Assembly (NCBI GenBank): GCA_964035545.1
Contig: OZ037765.1
Location: forward strand, 17,360,995 to 17,424,994
Reading direction: 5' to 3'
DNA from: Bugula neritina
Taxonomy: Eukaryota > Animalia > Bryozoa
DNA length: 64,000 nt
Both the position numbers and the translations under genes were made by a program. Below the pieces are notes generated by a model, which was given only the letters and a program-made list of their open reading frames with translations, was not told the origin of the DNA and made no database searches. Below are positions 59,944 through 64,000 of the stretch, piece by piece. Within the stretch, counting starts at the first letter, position 1; each line of letters starts with the position of its first letter.

Positions 59944-62900
59944 TAGTGATTCCGTATCTTACAGTCTACTCCATTATTTATGCTTATAACCTGCCATGTA
60001 GCAAGGTTGATCTCTGCCCAAACAATGTGCAATTTTGTTAGCTTTATTTATAGTACCGCAAAGACATACCGATTTAAACATATCTCTTGGTTTTTCTGAT
60101 TTTGTGCCAATCAAAAGCATCTAATTACTGCTGGCCAAACTTGGTCGAAGTGAGATTTACCAAACTTGTGTTTTCACTATTATATTCAAGATGACACCCT
60201 AGTCGTCACCCTTTTCTCTCCTGATATTTATGTCTCAAAGTTCTAGTATTAGATTGTATAATGTACCTATTTATGTACCATAAATTGTGTAAAGTGTAAA
60301 GTCTTTTTGCTATAAATGATATATTACAACATTTTTGTACATTTGCGCTGAGAACAATATTTTTTATATCTTTTTGTTCATTTGGAACAATAAATATAAT
60401 AATCTTGAAAGCTATTTACCAAAAGTTATCACTTGTCATACCCTTTCTAACTTTGTAGTGATGTTACAAGATTTCTAACATTTGTCTTGTTGGTTGACCG
60501 GTGTGAGCTGTTGGTTCCTGATGGAACCATATGTGGTAATGTTTTGCCAGTTTACAACTAGGTCACTTCTCATGAAGCCAAAACTTGCTGTACCGTAATA
60601 TTCAATAGCATTAATCAAAGCATAGGGAAATATCTGATGACACCATTGGGAAACTTTTAAGGGAAAATATAATATTATCCATCTTTACATTAATGGGTGC
60701 TTTACTTACTTGATGTTGAGCTGACATGGCTTTAATTTGTTAGATAGGTCTTTCAAGTTTATTAGCGAAGTTCCAGCATTTACTACAAATTAAAAATGTA
60801 ATAAAATTTAATAAGGTCGAAATTTGAAATATTATGGTGAATAATGAGGCTGTATTGTGCTAGCTAAATACGCATTTTGTGCCAGGTTGACACATGTATA
60901 ATAATATACAGTTGGTACTTGGTAGTTAACCTTGCATGACTGGAGTCACTGGACTGACTGCTCCATATACAGTATACTTCTTTTTGTCTTCTAATATCAC
61001 ATTTGAATTAAACCTGCAACTGCATTGTCAATTATCGTGGCTAAAATACTGGAGGTTTCGTGTCACCAGATGTGACTAGACTGCTAAAGGAGATTTTGCA
61101 TAAGCTACATAGGAAAAATTTCATATACTGCTATTTGCTGGTGATTTTTTTTTAACTTTACAATTAATAACACTGGAACTGAAAGGTTGTGTTAAGATAT
61201 ATATATATATATATATATGCTCCAACCATAGATTTTTTAATACATGAATGTTTATGCCCATAATTATCAAAAGTAGTTTTGGGGGTTTGGCATCATGTAC
61301 ATTTGGTCATTACTGGATGATGGCTAAAAGGCTGTACAATTTACTTCAGCGGAGATAAGTCTTTCAATAACTTGGAAAATATAGAATAAAAGTATATTGA
61401 ATTTTCTTTGGGTGGGAAATCTAGGGCATTTCAGTTGTTGCTTTACATTCTTTCAACTTGTATTAAAATCGGAAAAAATTACTAAAATTGCTTTTTGCAA
61501 ATTCTGTGAGCAAAATCCTAAAATTTATATTACCATTATAGTTATTATAAATATTAGTGACAATAAGGCAGTATACTTCACTATAGTGAAGGCTATTATG
61601 ATCAGAGGTAGGCGTTTACAAAATGGACTAAATTGAATCGATGAAAACTATAGTTTGCGATTGTATCATATTACTTTTAAATAACAATTCTGTTGACTAT
61701 TTTGGCTATTTGCGCAAGAAGATTCAAATTTGGAAGGCAGGCTCAATTAGCAATTTCCGTTTTCTTGCAATAACCTACAGATTTTATTACTCGATTCCTA
61801 AATACTAGTAGTAGTATTGTTACTATATAAGTTGCTCCTGCTAACCATTGTCAAAAGTTGAAAAAATGTGATATTTGATAATTTTTGGTTTAACAAAAAT
61901 TAAAATTTGAAATTGTAATTAAAGTTAAATTTTATAGTAAGTTACAGACAAATAGACATAGCTTAAATAGTAATACTAATACTAATAGTAATACTAATAC
62001 TAATACTAATAGTAATACTAATACTTATACTAATACTAATACAGTAATAGTAATACTTCATTTCGTAGTAAAACTTGAATTTGATTTTAATTTTAATTTT
62101 GATGTTGTAGTTCCTTATTAGTTGCTATACCAACTCCTAATCTTAGAGTTCTTATTTTATACCCAATCAGAATAAATTTAAAAATGTACTCTAGTAAATA
62201 AAATTAAATAGAATTTTACGAACTAAGAGTAAGACTGTAGTTATATTAATATTATTCTTAGTCTCTATACTAATACTTATAGTTATGATGATACTTGTCC
62301 TACTAGTAATACTTATTGATAATCATAATGATTATTATAGCCTAATGATGATGATGTTAAAACTAATAGTAATACTAATAATTATACTAATTATACTAAT
62401 AATAAGTCATATTCATATTTACTTTTGGTGGTACTAGTAAATTTTACTTGCACTAAAAAGTAAATTGTCACTATTACTATTAGTATTAGTGTTACTGTAA
62501 GATTAGTAACCACTTAAAGTTAATGAGTAATACTAATGATATTGACTGTCTAATGCTAATAGTAATAGTAATTACATTGAAGTAAATGCAATATTCATAC
62601 TGATATTCATTTTCTAAATCTACTAGTAGTAGTGTTGCAGTTATTAACATTTATTCTCATACTCCAAATTTTAACCTGGACTTTGTACTGTAGGTGTCTG
62701 TTATCTCTTAGTATAAAGTAGAACTATGTGGTGTCAGTATGAACATTTCGTGTTTCCAATCTATTTTTTATTCTTATTTTGTGAGCCCTTTTGGCCTAGT
62801 GAGTGCAACACAGACACTCGTATTGGTAAGGAAAGACTTATATTGCTTAAACTTTAATGAATAGAATAAATTTTGTGACAAATTTGGCTCTATTTATTTC

Positions 62901-64000
62901 CATAATTGATAGCTTATTAGCTCAAATAATTGTAAATGTAAATATTTCATTTATTTATTACTAGTCTAGACTTGTTTGAGATATTAGGAATATCTTTAAG
63001 TGACGTTTACTATTTATAAATAGTTAGGAGATTGTTGTATTTAGCATTTTACTTTTTGATTTGCACATGAAGTATAATATACACTGTTGACAACTGTCAT
63101 GTTACAAGCTTTAACTATGATGTCTCAGCACAATTGCTAACACTTAGTGCTTCAACTATACATATAATATGATCATTTTTATAAGCTAATATCCTCAAAA
63201 TATAAAGTATTCTCACTATTATAATATGACAGTGTTTTGAAAAATTGTATGTAGCTAAGACCAGGTATAAAATCAGTGCAACTGAATTGCTTTACTGTTG
63301 AATCTTTTGCATTAATCAAACTGTTTTAAATTAAATGGAGTAACTAACTTGAAAAAATTAGCATGAAGAAAAATTAAACAGCTAGATAATATTAACATCT
63401 TTTAGAGTATTTTTGTTTTTCCTAAAGTTTATTATATTATCTTGCTACAACGTCTAAAATTAAATGGCTAATAAATATAATTAATTATTGTTATTATCTT
63501 TATTGCTCAAGCATGGAGTGCTGCCAATACTTCTGCAAATATGTAGCGCTGCCAAGTTATATTAAAAAGAGTTTTTTGCTGAATTACTAGAATATTCTAC
63601 TCTGAGATTGTAATGGTAATCACAGACTTTTGTTTGTAGCTCAAGTTTTTTTGTTAATTTCTTATTGCACATAGTTATTGATATTAAAGATTATTAGTTG
63701 TTCCATCAAGTATTTCATGTCAAATTGAACAAATAAATAATAGTTTTGTTGGGTTTTAGAAAGAGACAAAATAATAAACTAGTTAGGTTTTTTAGCATGA
63801 CCCTTTTCGAGTACCAATTCCAGTTGAGTGGCAAGTCCAATTGCTTAAAAGTTGATATACCAATACCTCTTCCAACAACTCTCACCGATTTCTGTGAACG
63901 GCTTTCAAAAGCCCATCAAATTCCATGTTTTATACTACCAAGTAAGTAGACTCTAAATTTAACATCAGTTTTAATTTGCACAATTACATTATTTCGTTCT

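Overview
AT-rich, intron-containing animal DNA. The gene set and the transposon types suggest an invertebrate, but that is inference. Host genes, left to right: 3' part of endophilin-A (+); a small unknown gene (-); a 9-exon gene for a divergent NRF1/Ewg-type DNA-binding protein (-); an uncharacterised multi-exon gene (+); SLC9A8/NHE8 (-); EMRE/SMDT1 (+); an orphan Ser-rich ORF (+); AIP (-); and a BTG/Tob gene (+). The main feature is an intact, very young Ty3/Gypsy LTR retrotransposon at 11707-19208. It has 305-bp LTRs that look identical, an ATAC target-site duplication (TSD), a tRNA-Leu primer-binding site and a predicted -1 frameshift signal, and it lies antisense in intron 1 of the NRF1-like gene. 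In the env position it carries a non-Env accessory gene that appears to need splicing. That gene encodes two zinc fingers, an Arg/Ser-Pro tract and a six-heptad leucine zipper, an arrangement reminiscent of complex-retrovirus regulators. Other mobile DNA includes a decayed LINE with a hAT element inserted in it, which itself contains a Buster-type hAT, plus two tRNA-derived SINEs, Harbinger elements and TTAA-type MITEs. All exon models were read by eye from splice signals and frame continuity, without transcript data.
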